Shown here: positions 11,301-20,109 of the stretch, piece by piece
Layout of the letters: each line of letters opens with the position of its first letter
How positions within the stretch are numbered: the first letter of the stretch is position 1
Assembly (NCBI GenBank): GCA_963770895.1
Contig: CAVYRF010000002.1
Location: 2,464,001 to 2,528,000, forward strand
Source of the DNA: an uncultured Acidobacteriota bacterium
GTDB taxonomy: Bacteria; Acidobacteriota; Thermoanaerobaculia; Multivoradales; UBA5704
DNA length: 64,000 bases
Reading direction: 5' to 3'
Position numbers and translations under genes: made by a program
Notes under the pieces: model-generated
Told to the model about the DNA's origin: nothing
Databases searched by the model: none
Seen by the model: the letters and a program-made list of their open reading frames with translations, nothing else

Positions 11301-12386
11301 CGCGACCGCCTGGTGCTCGACGAGCTGACCGGCCGCCTGGGGGGCGGCACGGTCAGAATGAGCGGCCAGGTGGCGCTGCCGGGGGCGGGGCGCACCCTGG
11401 GCTACCGGTTCGAGATGGCGGCGCAAGGGGTCAGCGTGCGCTACCCCGAAGGCTGGGTCAGCCGCGGTGACGCCACGCTGTCGCTCACCGGCGGCGACAC
11501 CACGCGCCAGGTGCAGGGGACGGTCCGCCTCGATCGCGCGGTCTACGTCGAGGACCTGCAGGTCGATCTGATCCAGCTGCTGGTGCGCGGGCTGGCACGG
11601 CAGCGGGTGCAGGTGAGCGCCGCCAACCCGCTGCTTGCCGGCACCCAGCTCAGCCTGAAGATCCAGGGCGCCAACGCGCTGCGGGTCACCAACAACGTCG
11701 CCGACCTGCGCGGCGACGTGCAGCTGACCGTCGCCGGCACCATGGCCACGCCGGTGGTCTTCGGCACCGTGCTGCTGGAGCCGGGCGGCACCCTGGAATA
11801 CGGCGACAACAAGTACCAGGTCGACCACGGCGGCCTGACGTTCGCCAATCCCAATCGCATCGACCCGCTGATCGACGTGGCGCTCAAGATCGAGGTGCAG
11901 AGCTACGAGATCACGCTCAACCTCTCGGGGACGCTGGAGAAGTTCAACGCCAAGTTCTCGTCCAACGCCGACCTGGCGGACATCGACATCCTCGGCCTGC
12001 TCGCCGCCGGCCAGCGGCCGGAAATCGGCGCGCCGCCGCCGCCCGGCCCGCAGAGCGACCAGGCGGGGCAGGCCGCGGCGTCGCAGTTCCTGGCCGGCCA
12101 GGCTTCGGCGGCGCTGGGATCGCGGGTGGGGAAGCTGTTCGGGCTGGACCGCTTCCGCGTCGACACCCAGACGCTGACGGCCGCCGGCGAACCGACGTCG
12201 GGCGTGGTGATCACCGCCGGCAAGCGGCTGTCGAAGAACATCTTCGTCACCTACGTCAGCAACCCCTCGTCGCCGCGCCTGGACGTGCGCCAGGTGGAAT
12301 GGACCGTCGCCAAGAACGTCACGGTGCTGCTGACCCAGAGCGGCGACAGCTTCGCGGTGGACATCCAGCGGGAGACCCGCTTTTGA
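8301..12386 (+). CDS. tamB: Translocation/assembly module TamB (AsmA-like) protein
   Basis: N-terminal TM anchor, long beta-rich body, C-terminal DUF490-like region (ITAGKRLSKNIFVTY); adjacent to an Omp85 gene; start approximate. Confidence 0.85.
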   Translation: MPGRLRRWVVRPVVWLLLAAISLVAAVILFFGSRYARGSAADLLRGELSDALGREVAVRSVDFDLWSWHPVFEARGLVIPGPTPTDPAVLRLALLRARISWRALAKRRLDLEQVDVERPQIYLRFNPDGSTNLPHLRRGQGNQPQRVAIAIDRLLVENGTFQYNERRGRLDLTARAIWARLGEGEDGPATAALPAAKPAPPAARENPALAFQLTAQDVVLALPDAAPWPLTVAARGKISGGDLRLAAVRLSGPDLRLRVDGTISWRGENAIDLAADGRLATHWLNRVHYLDEPIDGTAAVAGHFALQHTVWGYWGRLTAPRIGILHREFRDLVADFRGDTDRLAVDVRRSIYAQGEVSGPVVIETGAPSSPLGGRPVVLDLAIRGMALQPFLVDLFPDQFAGPAPDVELAGRANGRLRFRFQSSRWRTGSGQADLQVEAAQAGMAGSEGLRVAGSVPLQMAAGVLTGGAIQVTAPGQEGTVSGFTYNLQSGAGRLDYRLVSHDTGALAALFPPAPPRLPTAHWTGPPLRTPIWLPEVGHGTATGAVTITPTGYSAGFDLDLHGVVSQSLGAADRLTGTLTLEPQAVENLRLEATAGEAALMLSGRIPFAPRPGVAPATPLDLAVDAAEWPAAGLIPYLPAWFPIRGLAGAVSGRVDLGGDFDHLTGRADAEIEGLALAGIAVGHARGELSWDPARIAIADGVIENAAGKLLAHGSFERASEALDLTVDAPSLDLAAPPVAGLLHVPGLGGHVTVMAVVGGTFDKPRATASVHALGLGYGGQPLAGDAGGEAQASVTWDGELVRASGAVGNVLTFDGGGRLDRERAALRLDLRSANLTGLLHLAVPADVGGSLAGSLTYDADFAAGRQRGELRLDDLRLAYAGRVITNREPVVVDISPQQLDLRSVYLGEPGTDLELYLAGTVGLAAPMPLNLRLQSTIAATWLKLALPGLDAAGSVDVLAAVRGRVGDPDLSGQAVLHEARVVIPNLGTLDGMEGTLRFYRDRLVLDELTGRLGGGTVRMSGQVALPGAGRTLGYRFEMAAQGVSVRYPEGWVSRGDATLSLTGGDTTRQVQGTVRLDRAVYVEDLQVDLIQLLVRGLARQRVQVSAANPLLAGTQLSLKIQGANALRVTNNVADLRGDVQLTVAGTMATPVVFGTVLLEPGGTLEYGDNKYQVDHGGLTFANPNRIDPLIDVALKIEVQSYEITLNLSGTLEKFNAKFSSNADLADIDILGLLAAGQRPEIGAPPPPGPQSDQAGQAAASQFLAGQASAALGSRVGKLFGLDRFRVDTQTLTAAGEPTSGVVITAGKRLSKNIFVTYVSNPSSPRLDVRQVEWTVAKNVTVLLTQSGDSFAVDIQRETRF

Positions 12387-15274
12387 GCCGCCGCGTCCGG
12401 CAACGCGGCGGCGGCACCACGGCAGCCATCCTGGCGGGGTGGCTGGCCGCGGCCTGGGTAGCGCCGGCGGCGGCGCGGACACCGGCCGAGCCGGCCGAGC
12501 CGGCCGGGGCGGCGACGCCGGCGGCACCCGATGCGGCCGCCGCCGCGGAGCCGGAGGTGCTGGCGATCGAGGTGCGCAGCGACGTACCGATCGCGGCGCG
12601 GTCGCAGGTCTACGAGCTGATCGAAATCAAGCCCGGCCAGCCGCTGGACGGCACGGCGGTGCGCCGCACCCTGCGCAACCTGGTGGCGACCGGCGCGGCG
12701 GCGGACGTCGAGGTGTACACCCGCGCCGAGCCGGGCGGCGTGGTCGTGGCGCTGGTCCTGCACCCGCTGGTGCAGGTGACGGAGGTGCGGGTGCGCGGCC
12801 ACCTGGGCCTGCACGCCTCCGACCTCCGCCAGGCGGTGCCGCAACGGACGGCGCAGCCGCTGGCCGAGGACAGCGTCGTGCAGGGCGTCTACAACCTGCT
12901 GGACCTGTACCATCACAACGGCTATTTCAACGCCAGCGTCCACGTGCAGGTGCAGCAGAACACGGCGCGCCAGGCGGTGGTGACCTACCAGGTCGAAAGC
13001 GGCGCGCGGGCGCGGGTGGGCGCGGTCGAATTCACCGGCGCGACGGCGCCCTTCACCGCCGCGGAGCTGGTGGCGCGCCTGCGGTCGCGGCCGGGGCGTC
13101 CGTTCGACCAGCGGCTTGCCGAAGACGACGCCGAGCGCCTGCAGGAGTGGCTGATCGATCACCAGCACGGGATGGCCCAGGTCGATCGGCCGCGTCAGGA
13201 CTACGACGCGGCGGCCAACACCGTGCACCTGACGTTCCCGCTGCAGGTCGGCCCGCAGATCCGCGTCACGGTGGCCGGCGCCGACTTGAAAAAGCTGCGC
13301 AAGAAAGGCCTGCTGCCGTTCCTGGGCATCGCCGGCTACGACGCGGCGCTGGTGCAGCAGTCGGCGGCGCGCATCCGTGCCTACTACCAGGCGCAGGGGC
13401 ACTACCACGCGCAGGTCGAGTCGAGCGAGCAGCGCGACGGCGCCGCCGGCCTGGACATCCAGATCACCGTCAAGCCCGGACCGGTCTTCAGCCTGGAATC
13501 GGTGACGTTTCAGGGCAACCAGAGCCTCACCGCGGCTCGCCTGGTGCCGCTGATGACCACCTCGCCGCGCAACCTGCTGCGGCCGGGCAGCGGCCGCCTG
13601 GTCCAGGACACGCTCGACGAAGACCTGGAAAACATCCGCTCCTTCTACGCCTTGCAAGGCTTTGCCGCAGCGAAGGTGGGTCCGGCGCGCATCACCGAGC
13701 AGGGCAGCATCCTGCGCCTGGTGGTGCCGATCGTCGAAGGCCAGCAGCAGCGCCTGGTCAACCTGGACCTGCAGGGCATTGCAAAGCTGGATGCCGCCAA
13801 GGTGCGCAAGTCGCTGCCGCTGCAAGCGGGCGGGCCGTTCCACCCGGTGCTGCTCGAGCAGACCCTGACCGCCATCCGCAACGATTACGCCGAGGTCGGT
13901 TACACCCAGGCGCAGGTCTCGGCCGCCACCGACTGGAACCGCGAGCACACCCTGGTCGATCTCACGATCAAGGTGCTGGAAGGGCCGCGCCGGATGGTCG
14001 ACCAGGTGATCGTGCGCGGCAACCAGGTCACCCACACCGACGCCATCCTGCGCTCCCTCAACGTCAAGCCGGGCGACCCGTTGGGCGAATCGCGCCCCTA
14101 CCAGCTGGAAAGCAACCTGTATCGCCTGGGGATCTTCTCGCGCGTCGACGTCAGCCTGGCGGGGTCCAGCTTCGACACTCCCGACCGCGACGTGGTGGTG
14201 TCGGTCGACGAAGGGAAGTTCATGAGCCTGGGCTACGGCGCCGGCTACGACTCGGAGGAGAAGTTCCGCGGCCTGCTCAGCTTTTCCGACAACGACATCG
14301 GCGGCGAGGCGGACAGCCTGCGTCTGGACCTGCGCGCCTCGTCGCTCGACAAGCGGTTCAGCCTGTTTTTCAACCAGCCGTTTCTCTTTTCCCACCAGGT
14401 GCCGCTCAACTCCACCCTGTTCGACTTCGACACCAAGGAAGTGACCTTCCGCGTCCGCCGCTGGGGCGGCCGCTCCGAGGCGGTCAAGATCGTCGGTCAC
14501 CGGCGGTTCTCGCTGGCGCTCGACTACCGGGTGGTGCGGCTGAACGTGGCCCCCGGCGTGGCGCTCAACTCCATCGAGCGCCAGGATCGGCCGGTGCAGA
14601 TCGCCAGCGTCATTCCGGCGATCCTGGTCGATCACCGCGACGACCCGCTGACGCCGACGCGCGGCTGGAGCTCGCTGGCGCAGGTGCAATACTCCTTCCC
14701 GGACTTCGGCTCGCCCGCCAACTTCCTCAAGCTCTTCCTGCAGCAGACCCAATACGTCAACCTGGGGCCGCCGGGCGTCCTGGCCGCCAGCCTGCGCTTC
14801 GGCGCCATCGAGGCGTTCAGCACCCTGGGCTCGGGCGACCCCGACGTGCCCAAGGGGCTGCCCAGCGCCAACGTCTTCATCGACGAGCGCTTCTTCGGCG
14901 GCGGCAGCACCACCAATCGCGGCTACGAGCTGGACATGCTCGGCATCCGCGGCCAGACTCTCATCCAGCCCGGCGCCCACTACATGCCCATCGGCGGCAA
15001 CGGCCTGGCGCTGGCCAACCTCGACTACCGCTTCCCCATCGCCGGCAACCTGGGCGGAACCTTCTTTTTCGACAGCGGCAACGTCTGGGCCGACTGGCGC
15101 GACATCCGGCTGACCGGCGCCGACGGCTTCAAGTCCGGCACCGGCTTCGGTTTCCGCTACATGTCCCCCATCGGCCCCCTGCGCGCCGAAGTCGGCTGGA
15201 AGCTCCACCGCGAAACCGCCCCCCCCGCCGAAGGCCCCCTGGTCTTCTTCCTCAGCTTCGGCAACCCCTTCTGA
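12383..15274 (+). CDS. Omp85-family outer membrane protein (BamA/TamA-like) with POTRA domains
   Basis: Signal peptide, POTRA-like repeats (YHHNGYFNA, LYRLGIFSRV), barrel motifs ERFFGGGSTTNRGY, FFDSGNVW, GFRYMSPIGPLR, terminal FGNPF. Confidence 0.92.
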   Translation: MSRRVRQRGGGTTAAILAGWLAAAWVAPAAARTPAEPAEPAGAATPAAPDAAAAAEPEVLAIEVRSDVPIAARSQVYELIEIKPGQPLDGTAVRRTLRNLVATGAAADVEVYTRAEPGGVVVALVLHPLVQVTEVRVRGHLGLHASDLRQAVPQRTAQPLAEDSVVQGVYNLLDLYHHNGYFNASVHVQVQQNTARQAVVTYQVESGARARVGAVEFTGATAPFTAAELVARLRSRPGRPFDQRLAEDDAERLQEWLIDHQHGMAQVDRPRQDYDAAANTVHLTFPLQVGPQIRVTVAGADLKKLRKKGLLPFLGIAGYDAALVQQSAARIRAYYQAQGHYHAQVESSEQRDGAAGLDIQITVKPGPVFSLESVTFQGNQSLTAARLVPLMTTSPRNLLRPGSGRLVQDTLDEDLENIRSFYALQGFAAAKVGPARITEQGSILRLVVPIVEGQQQRLVNLDLQGIAKLDAAKVRKSLPLQAGGPFHPVLLEQTLTAIRNDYAEVGYTQAQVSAATDWNREHTLVDLTIKVLEGPRRMVDQVIVRGNQVTHTDAILRSLNVKPGDPLGESRPYQLESNLYRLGIFSRVDVSLAGSSFDTPDRDVVVSVDEGKFMSLGYGAGYDSEEKFRGLLSFSDNDIGGEADSLRLDLRASSLDKRFSLFFNQPFLFSHQVPLNSTLFDFDTKEVTFRVRRWGGRSEAVKIVGHRRFSLALDYRVVRLNVAPGVALNSIERQDRPVQIASVIPAILVDHRDDPLTPTRGWSSLAQVQYSFPDFGSPANFLKLFLQQTQYVNLGPPGVLAASLRFGAIEAFSTLGSGDPDVPKGLPSANVFIDERFFGGGSTTNRGYELDMLGIRGQTLIQPGAHYMPIGGNGLALANLDYRFPIAGNLGGTFFFDSGNVWADWRDIRLTGADGFKSGTGFGFRYMSPIGPLRAEVGWKLHRETAPPAEGPLVFFLSFGNPF

Positions 15275-15439
15275 GCGCCGGCAAGCTCACAAAAGCGGTG
15301 GCGTAGCATCGCGGCTTCGCCATCCGTCTGCCTACGGTAGACATTGCTGGACCGATGCAATGCCGCCTTGACGCAAAAACACCGCTGGTTCACCCCAGAC
15401 TGACCTGCCGCCGGATCTACCCGCGATGCGTCAATCAAA

Positions 15440-16219
15440 CTAACGCATCTCGAAGTGTTCAAGAAACTCTGTTAGCTTTGATCCGTTAACGACAAATATT
15501 GTGCGTTCGCTCGCAAGATTGGATGCGTCAAGAGTGACTGGTTGTCTCCCGTTGCTGACTCCCGTGGAAAGGCTCTTGGTAAATCTGACGAAACCTACCT
15601 CCTTGACCTCTGTGTCGAGGGGAAGATTGCCCGTATCGAGGTCCACTCTTGCTGGGTTGAAATTGCACACATGTAACCTTGCGTTCGTGACCACTACGGG
15701 AAAGTAGAACCACCGAACGAGAGGGGATTGAGCTCTGCTGCTTACAGCAAGCTCTTCATTCGCAATCGCTTCTGTCGATCGCAGCAGGACGCCTGCGGTC
15801 CTTTCCAGCATGGGCGAGTCATCATCACCACTACCCTTGACCATGCAGAATCTCGCGCTGGCCGAGTAGGGGCGCACGCTAACGCCTTCATCCCACTGTA
15901 GGGTGCGCGTCCCGTCTCCTTCCACCCGAGTCCAGAGGCGATGCACGCGGTCGTCTTGCCAAGAGGTCCCAGGATAAGGGAGGAAGATCCAATTCGCCTC
16001 TCCTTTGTTCCGTTTCGCCTCAATTACCAGTCTCATATTGTGTTTTGTGACTACGGCATCAATGAAGCGCTCGCGTCCACCATCTATCCAGCGATGTTCT
16101 GTCACGACAACTCTCCAGCAGTGGGTGTTGCTTGAGCTCTTTACCTCATGGCATACCCTTTCCTGATAAAGGAATCCAGAAGCGTTCGCAATGGCGATTA
16201 GGTCTTCGCTTGGAGACAT
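15440..16219 (-). CDS. Hypothetical protein with PD-(D/E)XK nuclease-like motif
   Basis: SGFLYQERV ... FIDAVVTKHNMRLVIEAKR (D-x-ExK); visibly lower GC than the backbone. Confidence 0.6.
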   Translation of the reverse strand: MSPSEDLIAIANASGFLYQERVCHEVKSSSNTHCWRVVVTEHRWIDGGRERFIDAVVTKHNMRLVIEAKRNKGEANWIFLPYPGTSWQDDRVHRLWTRVEGDGTRTLQWDEGVSVRPYSASARFCMVKGSGDDDSPMLERTAGVLLRSTEAIANEELAVSSRAQSPLVRWFYFPVVVTNARLHVCNFNPARVDLDTGNLPLDTEVKEVGFVRFTKSLSTGVSNGRQPVTLDASNLASERTIFVVNGSKLTEFLEHFEMR

Positions 16220-16473
16220 TCGATATCCCCCTTTGCTCTTGGCCTGGTCAATCTAGGCCCCTCTGACCAGGAATCTCCAGCTTATCAAGTGCAGTCCGCA
16301 GACGGTTTGGCCGGCGTCCTGTCCATCCTGCGAATCTCCTACCTCCAACTGTTCGCCTCGATTCTATGCGGCCGCGCAGGTCGGCCAGGGTTCACGCCTT
16401 GCTGACGTGCCCCCCTGGAACTGGCCTGGCGATAGAGTGAGTCCTCCGGCAAAGGCAGTGCCTGGAGGAAGCG

Positions 16474-16740
16474 ATGAGAAAGAGTCAGTTCACGGAAGAG
16501 CAGATCATTGGGGTGTTGAAGGCGGCTGAAGCTGGGGAAAAGGCCACGGACCTGTGCCGGAAGTACGGTATCAGCGAGCAGACGTTCTACCGTCGGAAGG
16601 CCAAATTTGGCGGCATGGACGTCAGCGAGGCGCGGCGCCTCAAGCAGCTGGAGGACGAGAACCGGCGTCTGAAACATGCGGTGGCCGATCTGACCTTGGA
16701 GGCGCAGGCGCTGAAGGCGGCGCTGGCAAAAAAATGGTGA
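16474..16740 (+). CDS. IS3 transposase OrfA
   Basis: MRKSQFTEEQIIGVL, CRKYGISEQTFY, LKQLEDENRRLK; A7-TGGTGA slippery site at 16728-16740. Confidence 0.95.
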   Translation: MRKSQFTEEQIIGVLKAAEAGEKATDLCRKYGISEQTFYRRKAKFGGMDVSEARRLKQLEDENRRLKHAVADLTLEAQALKAALAKKW

Positions 16741-17188
16741 AGCCCGCGGCCCGGCGCGAGGCAGCCACGTTCTTCCGGGAGGAGTATGGAACCAGCCAGG
16801 TGCGTGCCTGCGCTATGGCGAGCCATCATCGTTCGACCTATGCCTATCGGATCCAGATGACGCCAGAAGCTGAGGTCTTGCGCCGGCGGCTGCGCGAGCT
16901 CGCCGCAGCGCGGCCGAGGTATGGGTACCGACGCCTCCAGGTGCTTCTGGTCCGAGAAGGCCATGAGGTGAATCACAAGCGCGTGCATCGGCTCTATCGC
17001 GAGGAAGGCTTGACGGTGCGCCGGCGCCTGCGCAAGCGGGTTTGCCGTGAGCAGCGCCGGCCGCTGGCACGGGCGGAGCGGCTGAACCAGTTTTGGTCGA
17101 TGGATTTCATCGGCGACACTTTGGCCAACGGCAGAACCTTCCGCAGCCTCAACATCGTCGACCAGTGCAGCCGGGAATGCCTTGCTTT
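16734..17188 (+). pseudogene. IS3 OrfB N-terminal part, interrupted by the IS1595 element
   Basis: RPRYGYRRL, NHKRVHRLYREEGL, WSMDF, NIVDQCSRECLA then an abrupt switch into the IS1595 TIR. Confidence 0.92.
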
Positions 17189-17242
17189 GGCGATTATGAC
17201 TCTGTTGACACCACGCCAGAGCGATTCCCGCGGAGTACTCTT

Positions 17243-17272
17243 TTGACGGCGTACCGCTAAATGCGGTACATT
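17243..17272 (+). promoter_or_regulatory. Putative sigma-70 promoter with palindromic operator
   Basis: TTGACG-18-TACATT overlapped by the inverted repeat GTACCGC-N5-GCGGTAC (17251-17269), upstream of a GGAGG RBS and the small RHH gene. Confidence 0.6.
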
Positions 17273-17287
17273 TCACCTGGGAGGTAA

Positions 17288-17506
17288 TTGAACGTGCCCG
17301 ACAACCAGCTACCGACTGGCCGTCAGCGGCTTCCAAAAAAGGCGACCAGCTTTCGACTAACCGGAGAAGCCATGGAGCTACTTGAACGATTGGCACAGTA
17401 CTTAGGTGTCTCGAAAACGGCTGCAATCGAGATGGCATTGCGAAAGATGTGGCGAGATTCACACCTGAAGAGCTACGAGATGCCCAAGCCTGCCGACGGC
17501 CGTTAA
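17288..17506 (+). CDS. Small ribbon-helix-helix (CopG-like) DNA-binding protein
   Basis: KKATSFRLTGEAMELLERLAQYLGVSKTAAIEMALRK fits a beta-alpha-alpha pattern; GGAGG RBS. Confidence 0.7.
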   Translation: MNVPDNQLPTGRQRLPKKATSFRLTGEAMELLERLAQYLGVSKTAAIEMALRKMWRDSHLKSYEMPKPADGR

Positions 17507-17583
17507 AGCAAGCCCTTTTGTGATCCGCGGAGGCGGCCGGCTGGTCGCTGAGGTGCCTCAGCATCTGACTATTAATGAACCTG

Positions 17584-17612
17584 TTGACACCGATCACGAG
17601 AATGGATAGAGT
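17584..17612 (+). promoter_or_regulatory. Transposase promoter, probably giving a leaderless mRNA
   Basis: TTGACA-17-TAGAGT, 6 nt before ATG 17619, no SD; the -35 sits in an internal TIR-like copy. Confidence 0.6.
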
Positions 17613-17618
17613 CTCTTC

Positions 17619-18509
17619 ATGTTCACCATCCGGCAGATTCAAGAGCGCTTCAGAACGCAGGAAGATTGCCTGGCCTACATCGTTGAAATGCGGTGGTCGG
17701 GTGGTGTCACCTGCCCCCGGTGCGGCAACGATCGCGTCTATGCCCTGAAGCAGCCCTTCAAGTGGCAGTGCAAGGCGTGCGCGAAGAACGGCTATCGCTT
17801 CTCCCCGCTGACCGGGACCATCTTCGAGAACACCAAGTACCCGCTTCGGGAGTGGTTCCAGGTGATCTTGATCATGTGCCAAGCGAAGAAGGGCATGAGC
17901 GCCTTGCAGGTGCAACGGCACATCGGCATGGGCGCGTACCGGACGGCCTGGTACATGTGCCATCGCATCCGAGCTGCTATGCAGGACCCGGACTTTCAGT
18001 TGCTCACCGGCGTTGTCGAGGTCGATGAAACCTACATCGGCGGCAAGGCCAAGAACCGGCACGGCGGGGGCGTTGGCGGCGGGAGCAAGAAGGGCCAGGG
18101 CGGGCGTGGTGCCGCCGGCAAGGTGGGCGTGATCGGCGCCATCTCCCGCAAGGGCAACGTCGTGTGCCACATGATCGAGGCTACCGACGCCAAGACCCTG
18201 GAGGGCTTCGTAGACAAGACCGTTGCCGATCGCGTCTCCATGGTCGCGACCGATGAGCACCAGGGCTACCGGGGAGTCAGCAAGAAGCGCCGCCACGAGT
18301 CGGTCAACCACTCGGCCGGCGAGTATGTGCGCGGCGAGGTCCACACCGCCAATATCGATAGCTTCTGGTCCCTGATCAAGCGCGGCATCATGGGGAGCTG
18401 CCACCACGTCTCCAAGACCTATCTGCCGCTCTATCTCAACGAGTTTTCGTTCCGGCACAACAACCGGAAGAACGACGACATCTTCTCGGCCGTGGTGGCG
18501 GGATCGTGA
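17619..18509 (+). CDS. IS1595-family transposase
   Basis: Zn ribbon CPRC..CKAC, VEVDETYIGG, TDEHQGY, VNHS, HTANIDSFWSLIKR, YLNEFSFRHNNR. Confidence 0.96.
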   Translation: MFTIRQIQERFRTQEDCLAYIVEMRWSGGVTCPRCGNDRVYALKQPFKWQCKACAKNGYRFSPLTGTIFENTKYPLREWFQVILIMCQAKKGMSALQVQRHIGMGAYRTAWYMCHRIRAAMQDPDFQLLTGVVEVDETYIGGKAKNRHGGGVGGGSKKGQGGRGAAGKVGVIGAISRKGNVVCHMIEATDAKTLEGFVDKTVADRVSMVATDEHQGYRGVSKKRRHESVNHSAGEYVRGEVHTANIDSFWSLIKRGIMGSCHHVSKTYLPLYLNEFSFRHNNRKNDDIFSAVVAGS

Positions 18510-18706
18510 CGGGCGCCGGTTCCCCGAAGAAGCCGGCCGCTCCTCGCAAGAGGAAGAAAAGAGCAGGCCCGGTGAGCCTGCATCCGCTGAGCTTTGATGA
18601 GGCGATGCGAGCATTGCTAGCGGTTAAGCCCAAGCCACGATCTGTGCAGCAGGAGAGTTCCCAGGACGCCGAAGATCCAGGAAATCGGCAAGAAGAGGAT
18701 TGCTAG
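18506..18706 (+). CDS. Small basic hypothetical protein coupled to the transposase
   Basis: GTGA overlap with the transposase stop; SLHPLSFDEAMRALLAVKPK. Confidence 0.55.
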   Translation: MTGAGSPKKPAAPRKRKKRAGPVSLHPLSFDEAMRALLAVKPKPRSVQQESSQDAEDPGNRQEEDC

Positions 18707-18796
18707 GTTAAAACGCGCTACGAGTAGAAGCCAAGCAACCCTCAGGAAAAGTCCAGTGATAATCAGCGCTACTCCCCCTATGACGGAGCTGATCTC

Positions 18797-19480
18797 ATGC
18801 CCAACGCTATGCCTCCCCTGCCGATCCACCATCAACTGACGGTGCCGGCCGCGCCGCCGTCGACCATTTTCGGTCTCTCGTATCCGCAACTCGAAGCGTT
18901 CGCCACCGGCGCGATAGCCGCTCTCACTTTCGTATATATCATCGTCGCGTTCTGCCAGTGGCTGGCCATGCGTACGGCGCTGAAGCAAACCCGCATCAGC
19001 AATGACGCCACAAAGGAGAGTAACCGGATCGCCGCTGAGAGCGCGGAGCTTGAGAATCGCGCGTGGCTCGTTGCCGTGCCCATGCCTCTCCCCCAAATTA
19101 CCACTCATACCACCACAGCTAACATCAGAGTTATGAACGTGGGCCACATCCCCGCGACATCCGTCATCGTGCGCGCATTCGGCGCGATCTCACCCGGCCC
19201 GGACGTGCCAAGCAACATTGTGCTGGTCGAGGAGCACGATCCAGGTGTCTGTACTCTCGCGCCTGGCACCAACTATGCGCTCACTTCTGCGGCTCCACTG
19301 CATGACCTCACTGAGGAGAACTTGGTGGCAGCGCACGATGGAACTATGACCCTCTTTGTGTATTGTGACATCAGCTACACAGATTGGTTCAAGAAGCCCA
19401 GGAGAACGATCGCCTGCTCGTATTACAGGTTTGATCAGAATGCTTGGGCGACGGCCACGAAACATGAGCGCCTTGACTAA
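18797..19480 (+). CDS. Hypothetical membrane-anchored protein (cargo paralog 1)
   Basis: TM helix, short coiled coil, ENRAWL, beta-rich domain ending ISYTDWFKKPRRTIACSYY. Confidence 0.7.
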   Translation: MPNAMPPLPIHHQLTVPAAPPSTIFGLSYPQLEAFATGAIAALTFVYIIVAFCQWLAMRTALKQTRISNDATKESNRIAAESAELENRAWLVAVPMPLPQITTHTTTANIRVMNVGHIPATSVIVRAFGAISPGPDVPSNIVLVEEHDPGVCTLAPGTNYALTSAAPLHDLTEENLVAAHDGTMTLFVYCDISYTDWFKKPRRTIACSYYRFDQNAWATATKHERLD

Positions 19481-19486
19481 GGGATC

Positions 19487-20098
19487 TTGACCATGATTCG
19501 ACACCATGTGGTGAGTTATGCTTTTGACTCTTCTCTCCTGAGCGCTGCATGCGACGCGATCATTGCTTTCTTTTCGGTGCGGATCTGGATCGTTTACCGC
19601 AACCAGCTCACAACAATGAAGCGCGCTCTTGCCGAGACTCGGGCGAGCAATGAGATAGCCGAGCGAGCGCTGGTACTCGGGCGCCGAGCGTGGCTCGTCA
19701 TTCAGGGGACGCCGATATTCAAGGGGAGCGGTGGCTGGGTCTTCAGCGACGTCACCATCGCGAATGTCGCGGAGATACCCGCTATAATTGGCTGTTTCGG
19801 CAGCGGTCGCATTGAGGGAGAGCCTCAGATGTTGGATCTTGAGAAGGGGCAGCGCAGCAACGCAACAGAGATCATCGTTGGCGGCAACATTGTGCACCTC
19901 AATCTCCCAGCGGTACCGCCACCGACTTACGATCTGGCCAACCATGCTGCTACCTGGGAAGATATTGGTCAAGCTAAGATCTACTGCTTTGTTGAATATA
20001 CAGATTGCTTCGAGAAGAAATGGCTGACAACCGCCTGTTGGAAACCCGATGGCGAAGGCGGTTGGCGGAGGGTGGGCGAGTACACTACGCTGAAGTAG
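19487..20098 (+). CDS. Hypothetical membrane-anchored protein (cargo paralog 2)
   Basis: Same layout: TM, ETRASNEIAE, GRRAWL, VEYTDCFEKKWLTTACW. Confidence 0.65.
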   Translation: MTMIRHHVVSYAFDSSLLSAACDAIIAFFSVRIWIVYRNQLTTMKRALAETRASNEIAERALVLGRRAWLVIQGTPIFKGSGGWVFSDVTIANVAEIPAIIGCFGSGRIEGEPQMLDLEKGQRSNATEIIVGGNIVHLNLPAVPPPTYDLANHAATWEDIGQAKIYCFVEYTDCFEKKWLTTACWKPDGEGGWRRVGEYTTLK

Positions 20099-20109
20099 AG
20101 ATGCGGGGC

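Noticed and set aside
9405-15208. Very long antisense and alternate-frame ORFs (1040 aa, 985 aa, 955 aa and many others window-wide)
   Set aside because: Shadow ORFs caused by high GC3 and scarce stop codons; Arg/Pro/Ala-rich with no motifs.
15360-15390. GACGCAAA as in c-di-GMP-I riboswitches, or a tRNA-like cloverleaf
   Set aside because: No GGCAAAC/GAAA P2 stem, no TTCGA T-loop and no CCA end.
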